This document shows positions 1-11,615 of a DNA stretch of 64,000 nt, in pieces (positions within the stretch are counted from its first letter, which is position 1; each line of letters begins with the position of its first letter). Both the position numbers and the translations under genes were made by a program. Origin of the DNA: an uncultured Methanosarcinaceae archaeon (GTDB lineage Archaea; Halobacteriota; Methanosarcinia; Methanosarcinales; Methanosarcinaceae). Below the pieces are notes generated by a model. It was not told the DNA's origin. It was given only the letters and a program-made list of their open reading frames with translations, and did not search any database. The stretch spans positions 320,001 to 384,000 of the forward strand of contig CAWJYV010000007.1 in the NCBI GenBank assembly GCA_963847185.1, in the 5' to 3' direction.

Positions 1-329
1 GTTTCGGAGCCCTTTAGCTCGTAGGGAATACCTACGTACACTTTGAGCCTGGACATTGCGTCTCTGCCTCTTGCTCTCTTATAGGGCAGCATGCCACGGA
101 TCGTCCTCTTCAGGATACGGTCCGGACGCTTCGGGAAATAAGGCCCAAATTCCGTTGCACCCCTCTCCCTGGTCTCCCGGTATTCTTTGAGAGTACTTGC
201 TTTTGAACCAGAAATTACGGCTTTTTCGGCATTTACAATAAAAATCTTCTCGTCTCCTGAAAGCAACTGTTTTGCAACCGTACTTGCAAGACGTCCCAGA
301 ATAAGCCCATTTGCATCGATAATTGCCAT
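1..329 (-). CDS. rpl13: 50S ribosomal protein L13 (3' end runs off the window)
   Basis: Manual translation from ATG at 329: [25 protein letters not shown]...[11 protein letters not shown]...[20 protein letters not shown], typical uL13; directly downstream of rpl18e. Confidence 0.95.
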   Translation of the reverse strand, partial: MAIIDANGLILGRLASTVAKQLLSGDEKIFIVNAEKAVISGSKASTLKEYRETRERGATEFGPYFPKRPDRILKRTIRGMLPYKRARGRDAMSRLKVYVGIPYELKGSE

Positions 330-339
330 CTTCGACACC

Positions 340-774
<435 letters not shown>

Positions 775-1147
775 CTATCGCGTTCGAACATCGCTATAAT
801 TGCTCTTCTGAAAATCATAAACTTAGAAGTAGCCAATTAAAGATCAAGCGATTAGTCGGAATTGGTATGATGTGAATAACATTTCTAGTACATAAAGATT
901 ATGTGCATCAATAATTCCTGCTTACCAAGTTCCAAACGGAAAAAGTTGTTCTCCTTTCATATCTGCTTTCTCATATTTCTCACAAAGCTTCTAAACTTAA
1001 GTTAAATTGCACGCTCCAGCAAACGCCAACATAACAATTGGATATACCTACCAAAAAATTCTGGAATAGCCATTTTAAAATCTATACAGAAAAACAGAAA
1101 ATTGTATCCATGCTTCTTATCTCATGTTTTTATGTAGTTCTTTATCT

Positions 1148-1324
1148 CAATTTTGGAAGTTAATCCGCTTGAGTGACCAGCTCGAGAGAACAAAATCTGA
1201 TCCATAACTAGTCCTCTTGAGCGAGCAAAACGAGTGAAACGGACCGCGTACTGTTGCGATTACATCGCAACTCCCAGAAAATCTTCGATTTTCTGCGATC
1301 TCGAGGCGCAATTCGGGAAGTAAA
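1148..1324. repeat. Intergenic REP-like element with two perfect hairpins
   Basis: GTTGCGAT-tac-ATCGCAAC (1253-1271) and CAGAAAATC-ttc-GATTTTCTG (1275-1295), flanked by similar direct repeats caattttggaagt (1148) / caattcgggaagt (1310). Confidence 0.45.
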
Positions 1325-1731
1325 GTCCTATTTTTTATAATATTAAATGAATATATTAGTGGGGAAATTATCAATGCAGAGGGAGTGGACAATATCGTAT
1401 CGAGTTTATACCCGGTATGTAAACAGGTGCCAAACATATACTAGATTCCCTTGTGAATACCAATGGGAGTAAATGGTTGACCAAACTACAAAGCGGAAGA
1501 AGTCGTACGAATGGACCAGATTTGCATTCTTCGTGAAGTGTAGCGGTTACTGCTAGAAACCTGAGGATATCGGCGTATCTATTCAAGCGTTTCTGAGTAG
1601 CCTGTATCAAAAATTAGGATTTCTATATGTCGTAATCATATTTTCCCGAACGAATGAATCCCGGGCTTTGTCCCAAATGGGGAAACAAGCCAACTGATAA
1701 ATCAAGCGAAAATAAACCTGGTGGTACTATC

Positions 1732-3363
1732 ATGCCTGAAACAGTTATTCAATATCTTTTGAATAGGTTAAAACAGCTGGGAATAAAGGATATTTTTGGT
1801 GTTCCAGGAGATTATGCATTTCCTATTAACGATGCTATCTGTAATGATAAGGAGTTACACTGGATTGGCTGCTGCAATGAGTTGAATGCTGCTTATGCAG
1901 CTGATGGTTACGCTCGAATCAATGGCATGTCAGCGCTGTCTACTACTTTTGGGGTGGGTGAACTCTCTGCGTTATGCGGCATAGCAGGCTCTTACGCTGA
2001 GCATAATCTTGTATTTCACATTGTCGGAATGCCGGCTATTCCGGTTCAGGAGAGACATGACATAGTACATCATACGCTTGGCAACGGAGAGTTTGACTTT
2101 TTCATGAATATGGCTACACCAGTGGTATGTGCGAAAACAATGCTTACTCCGGAAAATTGTGTTCGTGAAGTTGAACGTGTTATCATGGCAGCTCTGGAAC
2201 ATCGTCGTCCAGTCTATATTGCCATACCTAAAAATTATGTATATGAGAACATCTCATTTTGCCAGATGCCGGCAAATGTGCCTATGAAAAGCGATAATGA
2301 GGCATTGGAAGAAGTTGTTTCGATTATTATACACAAGATAGCTAATGCAAAGAAAGCATGTGTTATGCCAGGCATCTTTGTTGATCGTTTTGGGGTCGAG
2401 GATCTTGCCACGGCCGTTATTAGTGCTTCGGGATTACCTTATGTAACCATGGCGATGGATAAGTCGGTGCTTGATGAGCATAATCCCTCCTATCTTGGAT
2501 TATACATAGGTCAGCTTGCGAATTCCGAAATTAGGGAGTTTGTAGAATCCTGCGACTGCATACTTGCCATAGGCACTATCCTGTCTGATACTAATATGGG
2601 TATGTTCACAGCTAAACTTAATAAATCCCGAGTTATCAATATCATGCCTTCCAATGTCCATATTGGGCACGCTAACTACACAAATCTAAAAATGGCCGAC
2701 GTACTGGCGGAACTTGTCAAAAGACTTCATAAACGAAGTGATATTATTGGGCCTGTGATTGAATCTCCCACAATGCCAAAAGTAGACGCTAACAGCCCGA
2801 TAACTGCTGATTATTTATACGCAATCTACAAGAAATTTTTTAAGCTAGAGGATATCATTATGGTGGATTCAGGGACTTCTTTCTACGGCTTACTGCCAGT
2901 ATTTTTACCGAGAGGGGCCAGGCTCCATAGCCAGACACTCTGGGGTGCAATAGGCTGGGCTACTCCTGCATCATTTGGAGCCGCATTGGCTGCACCTGAC
3001 AGGCGGGTGGTTCTCATAACGGGCGAAGGAGCCCACCAGATGACTGTCCAGGAAACTAGCCAGTTTTGCCGCTATGGTCTGAAGCCTATTATTTTTGTGC
3101 TGAGTAATCAGGGCTATCTGATAGAAAGAATGCTATCTAAAAAATTAGATTACTGTTACAACGATCTGGCAAAATGGCAGTATCACAAGCTGCCAGAAGC
3201 ATTTGGTTGCAATGACTGGATAGTAAGGAAGGCCACTACTTGCGGTGACCTGGACAGGGTCATGGAAGAGTTGGATAATGCAAAAACAGGTGCATATGTA
3301 GAAATAGTCTCTCCAGAGTTTTCTGCGCCTCCACTTATGGAGGCAATCCACAAAAATTTATAA
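1732..3363 (+). CDS. ThDP-dependent 2-oxoacid decarboxylase (indolepyruvate/pyruvate decarboxylase family)
   Basis: IFGVPGDY, CNELNAAYAADGYAR, TTFGVGELSA, HHTLG, LWGAIGW and GEGAHQMTVQE...NQGY ThDP motif; likely start ATG 1732 after GGTGG RBS. Confidence 0.9.
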   Translation: MPETVIQYLLNRLKQLGIKDIFGVPGDYAFPINDAICNDKELHWIGCCNELNAAYAADGYARINGMSALSTTFGVGELSALCGIAGSYAEHNLVFHIVGMPAIPVQERHDIVHHTLGNGEFDFFMNMATPVVCAKTMLTPENCVREVERVIMAALEHRRPVYIAIPKNYVYENISFCQMPANVPMKSDNEALEEVVSIIIHKIANAKKACVMPGIFVDRFGVEDLATAVISASGLPYVTMAMDKSVLDEHNPSYLGLYIGQLANSEIREFVESCDCILAIGTILSDTNMGMFTAKLNKSRVINIMPSNVHIGHANYTNLKMADVLAELVKRLHKRSDIIGPVIESPTMPKVDANSPITADYLYAIYKKFFKLEDIIMVDSGTSFYGLLPVFLPRGARLHSQTLWGAIGWATPASFGAALAAPDRRVVLITGEGAHQMTVQETSQFCRYGLKPIIFVLSNQGYLIERMLSKKLDYCYNDLAKWQYHKLPEAFGCNDWIVRKATTCGDLDRVMEELDNAKTGAYVEIVSPEFSAPPLMEAIHKNL

Positions 3364-3557
3364 CCTCTATAAACGAGCAGAACTGCCCTGCAGACATATT
3401 CCATCCAAAGTGCTTGAGCACTCTTATCCAAACTTTTAGGGGAAAGAATGTAAAATACTTGAGCTGAATAATGGGAAGCTGTTGACTCGGTTTCTCTGTA
3501 ATTCGACTTTAAATTTATTTACGACTTTTTGTCCAGTTTGAACACCGTAATAGTCTA

Positions 3558-4064
3558 TTATGATGAGATGCCAAGCACTGACTTCGAAACCTTATCGAAA
3601 ACTGCCTCGACATCGCATCCAAACTTCTTTGCTACAATAAGTGCAACAATTCGAATATCCACAAGGTAAAAAAGTCTTTCCTGCATGGAATTTATCTCGG
3701 ATACAAGCCTTTGTCTGTTTGTTCCGGTATCTGCGGAAATAAACTCCAGGATTTGCTCAAAGGAAATATCTTCCCGGATAGAGGGGGGTTTTTTTCCGGA
3801 GTTTTCCTGCCCTTCTAGAAAATTTCCAGGCGGCTTATAAGCATGGGGAATCCGGATGCTTTCTATATCAAAACCTGGCACGAGAACACTATCCTTAAGA
3901 GAGAGGATACCTGCTTCAAGAGCCCTGTCCTTTACCTTTGAGGCAGTTTTCGGGGAAAACCATTTAAGGTCAAATGCCAGGGAAAACTCAAAATCTTTTA
4001 CTGAAAGGGAAGATACAAGATTTTTCTTAAAAGGAACCGAGACTACACGTTTAAGTTCTTCCAT
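3558..4064 (-). CDS. DUF2240-like conserved archaeal protein
   Basis: 168 aa, N-terminal ELKRVVSVPFK...FEFSLAFDLKWFSP pattern recalled for this family. Confidence 0.7.
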   Translation of the reverse strand: MEELKRVVSVPFKKNLVSSLSVKDFEFSLAFDLKWFSPKTASKVKDRALEAGILSLKDSVLVPGFDIESIRIPHAYKPPGNFLEGQENSGKKPPSIREDISFEQILEFISADTGTNRQRLVSEINSMQERLFYLVDIRIVALIVAKKFGCDVEAVFDKVSKSVLGISS

Positions 4065-4237
4065 TAATTACACCCTTAAAACTGACATCGGAAGCAGAGT
4101 ATAATACAACAGGCTTACAGCATTAATATCACATATTTCAGGATAACAGGCTTTTTTATAGCGTATTTCCTGAAAAAAGAGAAAAATAGATTCGGCACAA
4201 GTTTTTATGCCGAATTGATGCTGAAGCCTTGTAAAAC

Positions 4238-5809
4238 TCAGAGGGTTACAAGTTTAGCATCGAGTATTCCCTCAACCTTCTGGACTTCATCAAGGATCTG
4301 GTCAGAGACTTCAGAGTCTATGTTAAGAACCATCATGGTAACGCCTCCGATTTCAGCTCTTCCGACCTGCATGCCTGAGATATTGATATTGTTTTTACCG
4401 AGAACCAGGCAGCACGGCCCGATAACGTTCGGCCTGTTAATGTGTCTTGCAAAGATCATGCGTCCAGCAGGGAATATATCCAGTTTGTCCTCATCAACTG
4501 AAACAATCTTTGGCTCATCTCCTACAACAGTTCCTGCAATCAGCTTTGTCAGCCCTCCGCCTGTAAGCCTGATGCTAATAGTTGAAGAATATTCCTCAGA
4601 AGATTCGGACTTGCTTTCTACAACTGCAATCTTTCTGGACTTTGCAAGGATAGGAGCATTGACATAGTTAACTCCGGAACCAAGGGCCATTTCAAGCAAT
4701 CCCTTGAGAGCAGAAACCGTAAGGGGTCTGGTGTCCTTTCCAGAAATCTCCCCATTGTATGCAATCTCTACTTTTTCGTAATTGCCGTCTACAAGTTGTC
4801 CTGCAATCTTGCCCATGATTTCAGAGAGCCTGATGTAAGGAGCAAGGACTGCCATAGCTTCCGGTTTTACTGAAGGGATATTGATTGCGTTCTTTGCAGG
4901 TCCGCCATTAAGGACGGATACCACTTCCTTGGCAATGTCGATTGCCACGTTGATCTGGGCTTCCTGCGTGGAGGCTCCGAGATGAGGAGTTACTATAACA
5001 TTGTCATAGTTAAGGAGAGGACTGTTGAAAGGAGGCTCCTCGACGAAAACATCTAATGCTGCTCCGCCTACTTTTCCGCTTGCAAGAGCTTTTGCCAGGG
5101 CTTCCTCACTGATAATTCCGCCGCGAGCGCAGTTAAGTATTTTGACACCGGGTTTCATCAGGGCAAACTGCTCGTCATCAAGAATATTTCTGGTTTCTTT
5201 AATGAGAGGGGTGTGCACTGTGATATAGTCAGCATTTTTTGCTATCTCGTTCACGGTGGCAAGCTTAACTCCAAGTTCAGTAGCCCTCTTCTCTGAAATG
5301 AATGGGTCGTATCCCATGATATTCATTTCAAGCCCTGAAGCTCTTTTTGCAACCTCGGAACCAATTCTTCCGAGACCTATAACTCCCAGGGTTTTGCCTT
5401 TGACTTCAACGCCCATGAATTTATTACGCTTCCATTCCCTTGCTTTCAGAGAGGCGTTTGCCTGCGGAATGTTCCTGGACATTGACATCATCATGGCAAT
5501 CGTGTGTTCTGCTGCCGAAATCATGTTTCCTTCAGGAGCGTTGGTCACAATGATACCTTTCTTTGTAGCTGCATCCACATCAACATTGTCAACTCCGACA
5601 CCTGCTCTTCCGATAACTTTCAAGTTGTCGGCAGCCTCGATAATTTTTTGAGTGACCTGGGTACCACTGCGTATTACAAGTGCATTGTAATCCTTAATTA
5701 TTTTCACCAGCTCGTCCTCGGAAAGCCCTGTGGACACGTCAACAGTAAAGTGCTCTTTAAGAATCTCCAAACCTTCGTCGGAGAGTGAGTCGCTAACTAA
5801 TACTTTCAT
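4238..5809 (-). CDS. serA: D-3-phosphoglycerate dehydrogenase
   Basis: 523 aa; GRAGVGVDNVD, GLGRIG Rossmann motif, NCARGG, TPHLGAST, C-terminal ACT domain. Confidence 0.95.
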   Translation of the reverse strand: MKVLVSDSLSDEGLEILKEHFTVDVSTGLSEDELVKIIKDYNALVIRSGTQVTQKIIEAADNLKVIGRAGVGVDNVDVDAATKKGIIVTNAPEGNMISAAEHTIAMMMSMSRNIPQANASLKAREWKRNKFMGVEVKGKTLGVIGLGRIGSEVAKRASGLEMNIMGYDPFISEKRATELGVKLATVNEIAKNADYITVHTPLIKETRNILDDEQFALMKPGVKILNCARGGIISEEALAKALASGKVGGAALDVFVEEPPFNSPLLNYDNVIVTPHLGASTQEAQINVAIDIAKEVVSVLNGGPAKNAINIPSVKPEAMAVLAPYIRLSEIMGKIAGQLVDGNYEKVEIAYNGEISGKDTRPLTVSALKGLLEMALGSGVNYVNAPILAKSRKIAVVESKSESSEEYSSTISIRLTGGGLTKLIAGTVVGDEPKIVSVDEDKLDIFPAGRMIFARHINRPNVIGPCCLVLGKNNINISGMQVGRAEIGGVTMMVLNIDSEVSDQILDEVQKVEGILDAKLVTL

Positions 5810-5963
5810 TTCAATTTCTCCAGATAAATAAATACGATAAACATGAGATATTAAATTTTAACAGAGATACCAATCAACTTAATTACACTTAAGCATTATC
5901 ACACATCTTTTAAGGAAATTATATACATTCCAACATTTTTTGAGATTTATCTCAGCTCTCCGT

Positions 5964-6848
5964 TTAACCGACCAGTCTGATTATCCCGATTTTAGGCTCG
6001 TAACATTGCCCGCCTGCAAGGAGAGAACTCATAACTTCTTCTACAATTTCCTCAGGAATACCTCTGGAAATTGCTGCTTCTACAAAAGCTGCGTAGTCAA
6101 CTCCCTTATTTCCACCCATTTCCCTGAGCAGCTCGAGTACAAATTCTTTCTGGTCAGCTTTAGCCTCTGTATCATCTGCGGGCTCAAAATTCAGAGCTCT
6201 GAGCCCTTCTTTTATGGAGTCTCGAAGCAGTTTTGCAAATTCGTGAGGAGCTTTTTCCATTTCAAGGGCAATAGATATACCTTCTGCAAGCTCGGGAGAA
6301 ACACCTTTTTCCAGCAGGAATTCTTTGAGTTTTTCTCCTCGGTGCCCACTATCCAGAGCATCCGAAAAGACTTCAAGTCTCTCAACTGTTTGCTCTGCAG
6401 TATCTATAACCCACCTGCTGCGAATTTCCTCGTCGACTACATTTGCTTCTTCAGCCCGGATAGAGACAAAAACCGATCCTGGTTCAGGTTCATAGATCCT
6501 GGCTTTACCTGTAAGTGCTATGAAAGCAGGAACCTGAACCGTTGAAAAGAATATTGATGCTTCAGACTGGTACTGTCCTGCATATACAGTGAAAGCTCCT
6601 GTAGGGTCAACTATCCTGGCTTTCCACATGTCGTTTTGTGTCCCAATGCTGTCAAGCTCAGTAATTACTCCAACCAAAAAAATGCGGTTAAGAATAAGCC
6701 CAAGAGGGCTGATTAGCAGATTGGGGGATTTAGGGTCTAATGTAGCTGAATCAGATCTGAACGATTTTTTAAGTTCCCTGCAGGCTTCAAATTCTTTTGC
6801 AAAAACTCTTTTTGCAACTTCTCGTTTAAGCAAGCCCGATTCCTCCAT
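5964..6848 (-). CDS. RPA-associated OB-fold protein
   Basis: REVAKRVFA, RIFLVGVITE, ARIVDPTGAF.VYAGQYQ OB-fold pattern, C-terminal winged helix (GQCYEP); overlaps the RPA gene. Confidence 0.8.
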   Translation of the reverse strand: MEESGLLKREVAKRVFAKEFEACRELKKSFRSDSATLDPKSPNLLISPLGLILNRIFLVGVITELDSIGTQNDMWKARIVDPTGAFTVYAGQYQSEASIFFSTVQVPAFIALTGKARIYEPEPGSVFVSIRAEEANVVDEEIRSRWVIDTAEQTVERLEVFSDALDSGHRGEKLKEFLLEKGVSPELAEGISIALEMEKAPHEFAKLLRDSIKEGLRALNFEPADDTEAKADQKEFVLELLREMGGNKGVDYAAFVEAAISRGIPEEIVEEVMSSLLAGGQCYEPKIGIIRLVG

Positions 6849-8220
6849 TGGAGACCTCGGTATTCATATTATGTTCATTTTCTTTATCCGGCCCAAGCCT
6901 GTGCAAAAGTTCTATTGCCCTGACAGCCAGGTCATCTTCAGGCACCCAGGCATGTTCGGCTACAAATGAGATTCCGTATTCGTTTTTTGAGGAGTTCCCC
7001 CTTACTGCAAGGTAGCGGCCTGTAAGGAAACGTTTGAGATCTTCGTAAACTGCATCTTTTGAGATGTCAGAAAACATCAGTTGTTCAGCTTCTTCAAGGG
7101 TTTTTCCATAGATGATTTCCGAAACTTCCCTTGGAAACATGACTGACATGGCTTCTGTCCCATCATCCAGTACAGCCTTAATTCTCATGTCCCTTATGCC
7201 TTCTACCTTGCCGTGTACCCGGCAGCTTGCTTTTTGAATTACACGCCCGCATTCCGGACAGCGGGAGATAATTCCCGAACCTGGCCGGACTGAAACTATA
7301 TTTCCTGCTGCAGCCACATCGAACATGCTTTCTCTTGAATCTATCTCTTCAATTTTCAGAGGAACAGGGTCTTTTCTTACTGATTCGAAGGTGAATAAAA
7401 GCGTTTCATCCTCTTTCTGCCCGATGGAAGAAACCTTTGTGCTGCTCACAATATTGACAGACGGCGCTCCCCTGAACATCCGGACCTGAGCTTCCTCAAT
7501 TCGGATTATGCTTCCGATATCTATTCCAGAAAGTTCGTTCCAGGCTGTAAATGGCAGCCTGCCGGTCTCATCCGCAAGTACGCCAAAAATCACTCTGGAT
7601 TGACGCCCCCGTGCCAGAATTTCTTTGTGGGAAAGCTGGATCACACAGGCTACAGTCCCTACAGAAAAATCCATAGCTCCGATATCAATCAGCTTTTTTG
7701 TCTTGCTTCCCGAAAGTTCGGATAGGGGGGGAAGAGAGGAGTCCGAAATTTTTGATACAAGGGACTGTTCTCCGATAGAGAGCCTCATTCTGTTCTGCCA
7801 GATGCGGGTATATGCATTCTGGATGGTAATTACGTCTCCTGTTGAGCCCGGAAGCTCTTTCCAGGAAGAAAACATGACCGAACCTGTTTCATCTGCAAGA
7901 ATTCCTGTATATAGCTTGGAAGGAGCTTCCCGGGTTTCTTCTTGAATCCCTTCCTTATCCTCTTCTTTAGGTCGAATTGGCTTTGATCCTATATCCAGGA
8001 TCCTGCATGTGATCTCAAAATTTTTCAGATTGGCTGACAGGTCCTTTACCTTCAGGACCTTTTGTTTCCCTTTAAACTTGCGGAGAATACTCTCTTTTGC
8101 AAGCTCAGGAGATACGCGGAAAGCGAGAAGTTTCTCAAACTCTGCCCTGATGCCAGTCTTTTCAATGTCCCCAAGCGCCCTGGTTAGCTCTTCAAGATGG
8201 GGCGCAATTTTCTCGTCCAT
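6826..8220 (-). CDS. rpa: Replication protein A (ssDNA-binding, OB folds + zinc finger)
   Basis: Repeated GILADETG OB-fold motifs and CPECGR...CRVH zinc finger. Confidence 0.88.
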   Translation of the reverse strand: MDEKIAPHLEELTRALGDIEKTGIRAEFEKLLAFRVSPELAKESILRKFKGKQKVLKVKDLSANLKNFEITCRILDIGSKPIRPKEEDKEGIQEETREAPSKLYTGILADETGSVMFSSWKELPGSTGDVITIQNAYTRIWQNRMRLSIGEQSLVSKISDSSLPPLSELSGSKTKKLIDIGAMDFSVGTVACVIQLSHKEILARGRQSRVIFGVLADETGRLPFTAWNELSGIDIGSIIRIEEAQVRMFRGAPSVNIVSSTKVSSIGQKEDETLLFTFESVRKDPVPLKIEEIDSRESMFDVAAAGNIVSVRPGSGIISRCPECGRVIQKASCRVHGKVEGIRDMRIKAVLDDGTEAMSVMFPREVSEIIYGKTLEEAEQLMFSDISKDAVYEDLKRFLTGRYLAVRGNSSKNEYGISFVAEHAWVPEDDLAVRAIELLHRLGPDKENEHNMNTEVSNGGIGLA

Positions 8221-8852
8221 TTTTAAGCCTCCGTTCGAGACAATTAGAAAATAATTTAGGTTATACGGTTATTAAAATATTTGTCAATAAGGTTTGAAAT
8301 GAGTTACGTTTTGCACCGGATTGAACCCGTAGCGGATTGAAACTGCAACGGATTGGAACTTCTAAAACCTGGATTATTAGGTTTTACAACTTTTGTTGGT
8401 TTTTATATCCTTTTAGACGTCATAGCTTTTTGCATTATTTAGAGAATCAACCGATAGTGAATACTCTTAAAACAAGGTGCCTGTTGCCAGCTAATATTTG
8501 TGAATTATATAGAAGGAATATAGCAGGAATACATTATAAATTAACTCTTCCGTTACCAGTCCTGCAAAGATATCAAACTATTATTTAAGGGTAATGATTT
8601 GAACTTCTAATCCTAAAAAGTATACAGTTTCAGCTTTGTAAAGATATCAAATGTATCTTCAGGATAATTGTTCAGAATTTTTAATTCTGATAATTATATT
8701 AATTCCGGAACAAAGTTCGTATTTATAACATATGGAAAAACTCTGTTGTATCAAAATTACGTTATCTAAAAAAAGAAAAAATTAAATTTCTCTGAAATAT
8801 AGAGCTAGATGAATAAGCAAGAAGGGAAGAAAAGGCAAAGAGGAAATAGAAG

Positions 8853-9938
8853 ATGGGAAGAGTAAAATATTATGACTTTAACCTTTTTAAGGTAATACTA
8901 CTTGCAGTCATTCTGGCAGGTATTTTTACCTGCTATGCTGTCTCTGCTGAAAGCTTAAGAGTAGGTTCTTCCGATGAAAATTTTACCTCGATACAGGCCG
9001 CAGTAGATGCCGCAGAACCCGAAGATACTATTTTTGTAAGCCCTGGAACTTATGTTGAAAATCTAAAAATTGATAAGCATGTGAGAGTCTGGTCCGTTTC
9101 CAGAAATCCCGAAGACACAATTATTAGTTCAGCAGACCCTTATAAAAATACCGTGGAGATAAGTGCTAATAGTGTCTCATTCAGTGGTTTTGGGATCGAA
9201 AATTCGAAAAAAACAGGAATTTTACTTGCAGGGGTTAAAAACTGTTTTATTAATAATAATAAAGCCCGGGGAGAAGAATACGGCATTTTCCTTAAAAATT
9301 CCGAAGGCAACACGATAAGTGACAATATCCTTGTCCTGAACGAAAAAGGGATCAGGTTCGAAGGTTCAAACTCCAATAATATTCAAGATAATACCATTGC
9401 CTATAACTACGGTCCCGGAATTTCTCTTGAAGAAAGCAGGAAGAACATTATCTATAACAACTATTTCAAAAACGCCGAAAATATTGAAGAAAAAGATGTA
9501 AACGCGGAAAACATCTGGCAGAGTCCTCTGGTAACCAAACAGAACATTGTAAAGGGTCCTTATATTGCCGGAAATTTCTGGGCAGATCTTGAAGGAAAAG
9601 GTTACAGTGAGACCTGCACGGACGAAAACAGCAACGGAATTTGCGACACCTCTTATAATGTAAGAGGCGGAGGCACAGATAAATTCCCTCTTTTCCCTAA
9701 AGTTCCAAATGCTGTTAAAACCATTGAAAACAAGCTTAATGACAGTGCAAGTGTCTATGAAAAGGAAATAATAAACAGGGAAACTGCAACTGAAACAGGC
9801 AAAGAAACTAATGGAACAAATGAGTCTTCAGGTAAGAACGCTACAGGAGAAAGTCCTTCTGAAGAAGCTTCCTGGCCGGGTTTGGAAATTGTGACAATAG
9901 CTCTGGGATTAGCATGTTTCCTGAGGCAGAACAGGTAA
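8853..9938 (+). CDS. Cell-surface NosD/CASH beta-helix protein with PGF-CTERM-like anchor
   Basis: Signal peptide, SIQAAVDAA...PGTYVEN, N-rich beta-helix repeats, GPYIAGNFW...CTDENSNGICD, C-terminal PGL + hydrophobic stretch + RQNR. Confidence 0.8.
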   Translation: MGRVKYYDFNLFKVILLAVILAGIFTCYAVSAESLRVGSSDENFTSIQAAVDAAEPEDTIFVSPGTYVENLKIDKHVRVWSVSRNPEDTIISSADPYKNTVEISANSVSFSGFGIENSKKTGILLAGVKNCFINNNKARGEEYGIFLKNSEGNTISDNILVLNEKGIRFEGSNSNNIQDNTIAYNYGPGISLEESRKNIIYNNYFKNAENIEEKDVNAENIWQSPLVTKQNIVKGPYIAGNFWADLEGKGYSETCTDENSNGICDTSYNVRGGGTDKFPLFPKVPNAVKTIENKLNDSASVYEKEIINRETATETGKETNGTNESSGKNATGESPSEEASWPGLEIVTIALGLACFLRQNR

Positions 9939-10207
9939 AGGCAAGAAAAAAATAAAGGCAAGAAAAAAATCAAAGTTGTTAGTTTATCTTACAGGGAATT
10001 GATGGTGTTTAATTTAGTTAATTAATTTAGTTAATTTAGAGAAGTAAAAACCGTAAAATATAAAGGGATTTGGAATTATTTATTGAAAATATCAAAACGA
10101 AAGAAGTTAAAATCTGACAGAACTGGATAAAAGGACAGCTTTGTCAGATTCTATAAATAATTCTCCCATCACTCTCTATCACTTTTTTTCTCTGTTTTTC
10201 ATTCAAT

Positions 10208-11615
10208 TTATTTTGCCGAGACTTCAATATATCTGTACATACCTTTAGTGTTACTGCCCTTTGCGTTCGCTACTGTTAAGCTGACAGTGTATTTTCCTAG
10301 TTTAGTGTAGGTGTGTGCAGGATTCTTCTCTGTTGAATATGTTCCATCTCCAAAACTCCATTTCCATGAAGTTGGATTGTTTGTGCTTTTGTCTGTAAAC
10401 TGAACATTCAACGGAGTTTTTCCAGAGGTAACACTGCTTACGAAACTTGCAACCGGTGATTGCTGAGCAGTTGTACTTGTTGAACTGGTTGTGTTTGTTG
10501 AACCGGTTGTGTTTGTTGAACCGGTTGTGTTTGTTGAACCGGCTGTGCTTGTTGAACTAGCTGTGCTTGTTGAGCTGGCTGTGTTTGTAGAGCTGGTTGT
10601 GTTTGTTAGAGCTGGTTGACTGTTAGCTGGTTGTACTTGTTGAACTGGCTGTGTTGCCAATAGAGCCGTATCCGTATCCTTTCGCTACCCAATTCTCAAC
10701 ACTGTGATCAGATGGTCCTAATATGTTTGAGCCTGATCCTACCTGTATGTAAGGCGACACTCCCACATAACATTATCGTGAACGCTAATTGATCCGCTTG
10801 CATCAACATTTCCAACGCCTGCACTGCTGCTTGATCCTTTGTAGTCATGCATGATGTTGTGATGGACATTTGCATTTGTCAGTTTATTTTCCAGCTCAAC
10901 GCAGCACCAGCCAGAGCCGGCACTACCTGTGAAGGTATTATGGTCCACTTCAATATTTGCGCAATTGTCTATCCTGACACCTGTATTGGTTTGAACCTCA
11001 ACATCACAGTTATACATTCTGGAATTTTTGGTGCCGGATAAAAATGACACACCATCGTGTCCTACGGAATACATTCTGCAATTATATACATTAATTCCGG
11101 AACTTTTACTGATTCTGACACCATCACTATACAGATAACGAGTGAATAAAATGTCATGTACTTTACTATTACTCGAAGACCTGAATTTTATGCAGTTTCG
11201 ATAGTCTCCGTGACCTCCGTCACTGGGGCTGGTTGCTGCACTTTTGAATTGAAGATTACATACTTCAACGTTAGAAACACCTGATCCGAATACATATGCA
11301 GGTGATCCCTCGGAGTTACAAACTGAACCAGTAGCATAGATAATTGTACTGTCGCCTGCACCTTTCAGTACTACATTAGATTTCAAAATTATAGGTGCAC
11401 TTATCTTATAAGTGCCAGCAGTGAGGAGAACATATCCAGGGTTACTTGATGTTGCTCCTGATGCTACGGAATTTATTGCATTATTAATTGCAGTCTGGGC
11501 AGATGATCCAGATCGGACTTACAGTTACTGTATTCTGTGCGCCTAACGCCGCGGGGACGGTTGTTAAAATAAGGCATGTTACTAGGAATAGGGTTCCTAT
11601 CTGTCTTTTTAGCAT
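10208..11615 (-). pseudogene. Frameshifted secreted beta-helix + Ser/Thr linker + PKD surface protein
   Basis: Three ORF pieces join into one protein (signal peptide MLKRQIGTLFLVTCLILTTVPAALG; beta-helix; T/S repeats; PKD WSFGDG) if single-base indels near 11513, 10762 and 10605-10627 are corrected. Confidence 0.8.
10470..10655 (-). repeat. 18-bp coding tandem repeat (TNTTGS/TSTASS linker), about 10 copies
   Basis: Repeated gtgtttgttgaaccggtt-like units. Confidence 0.9.

Noticed and set aside
1147-1610. ORFs 1147-1437 and 1371-1610 (minus strand)
   Set aside because: No recognisable motifs; one overlaps the hairpin repeat; probably spurious.
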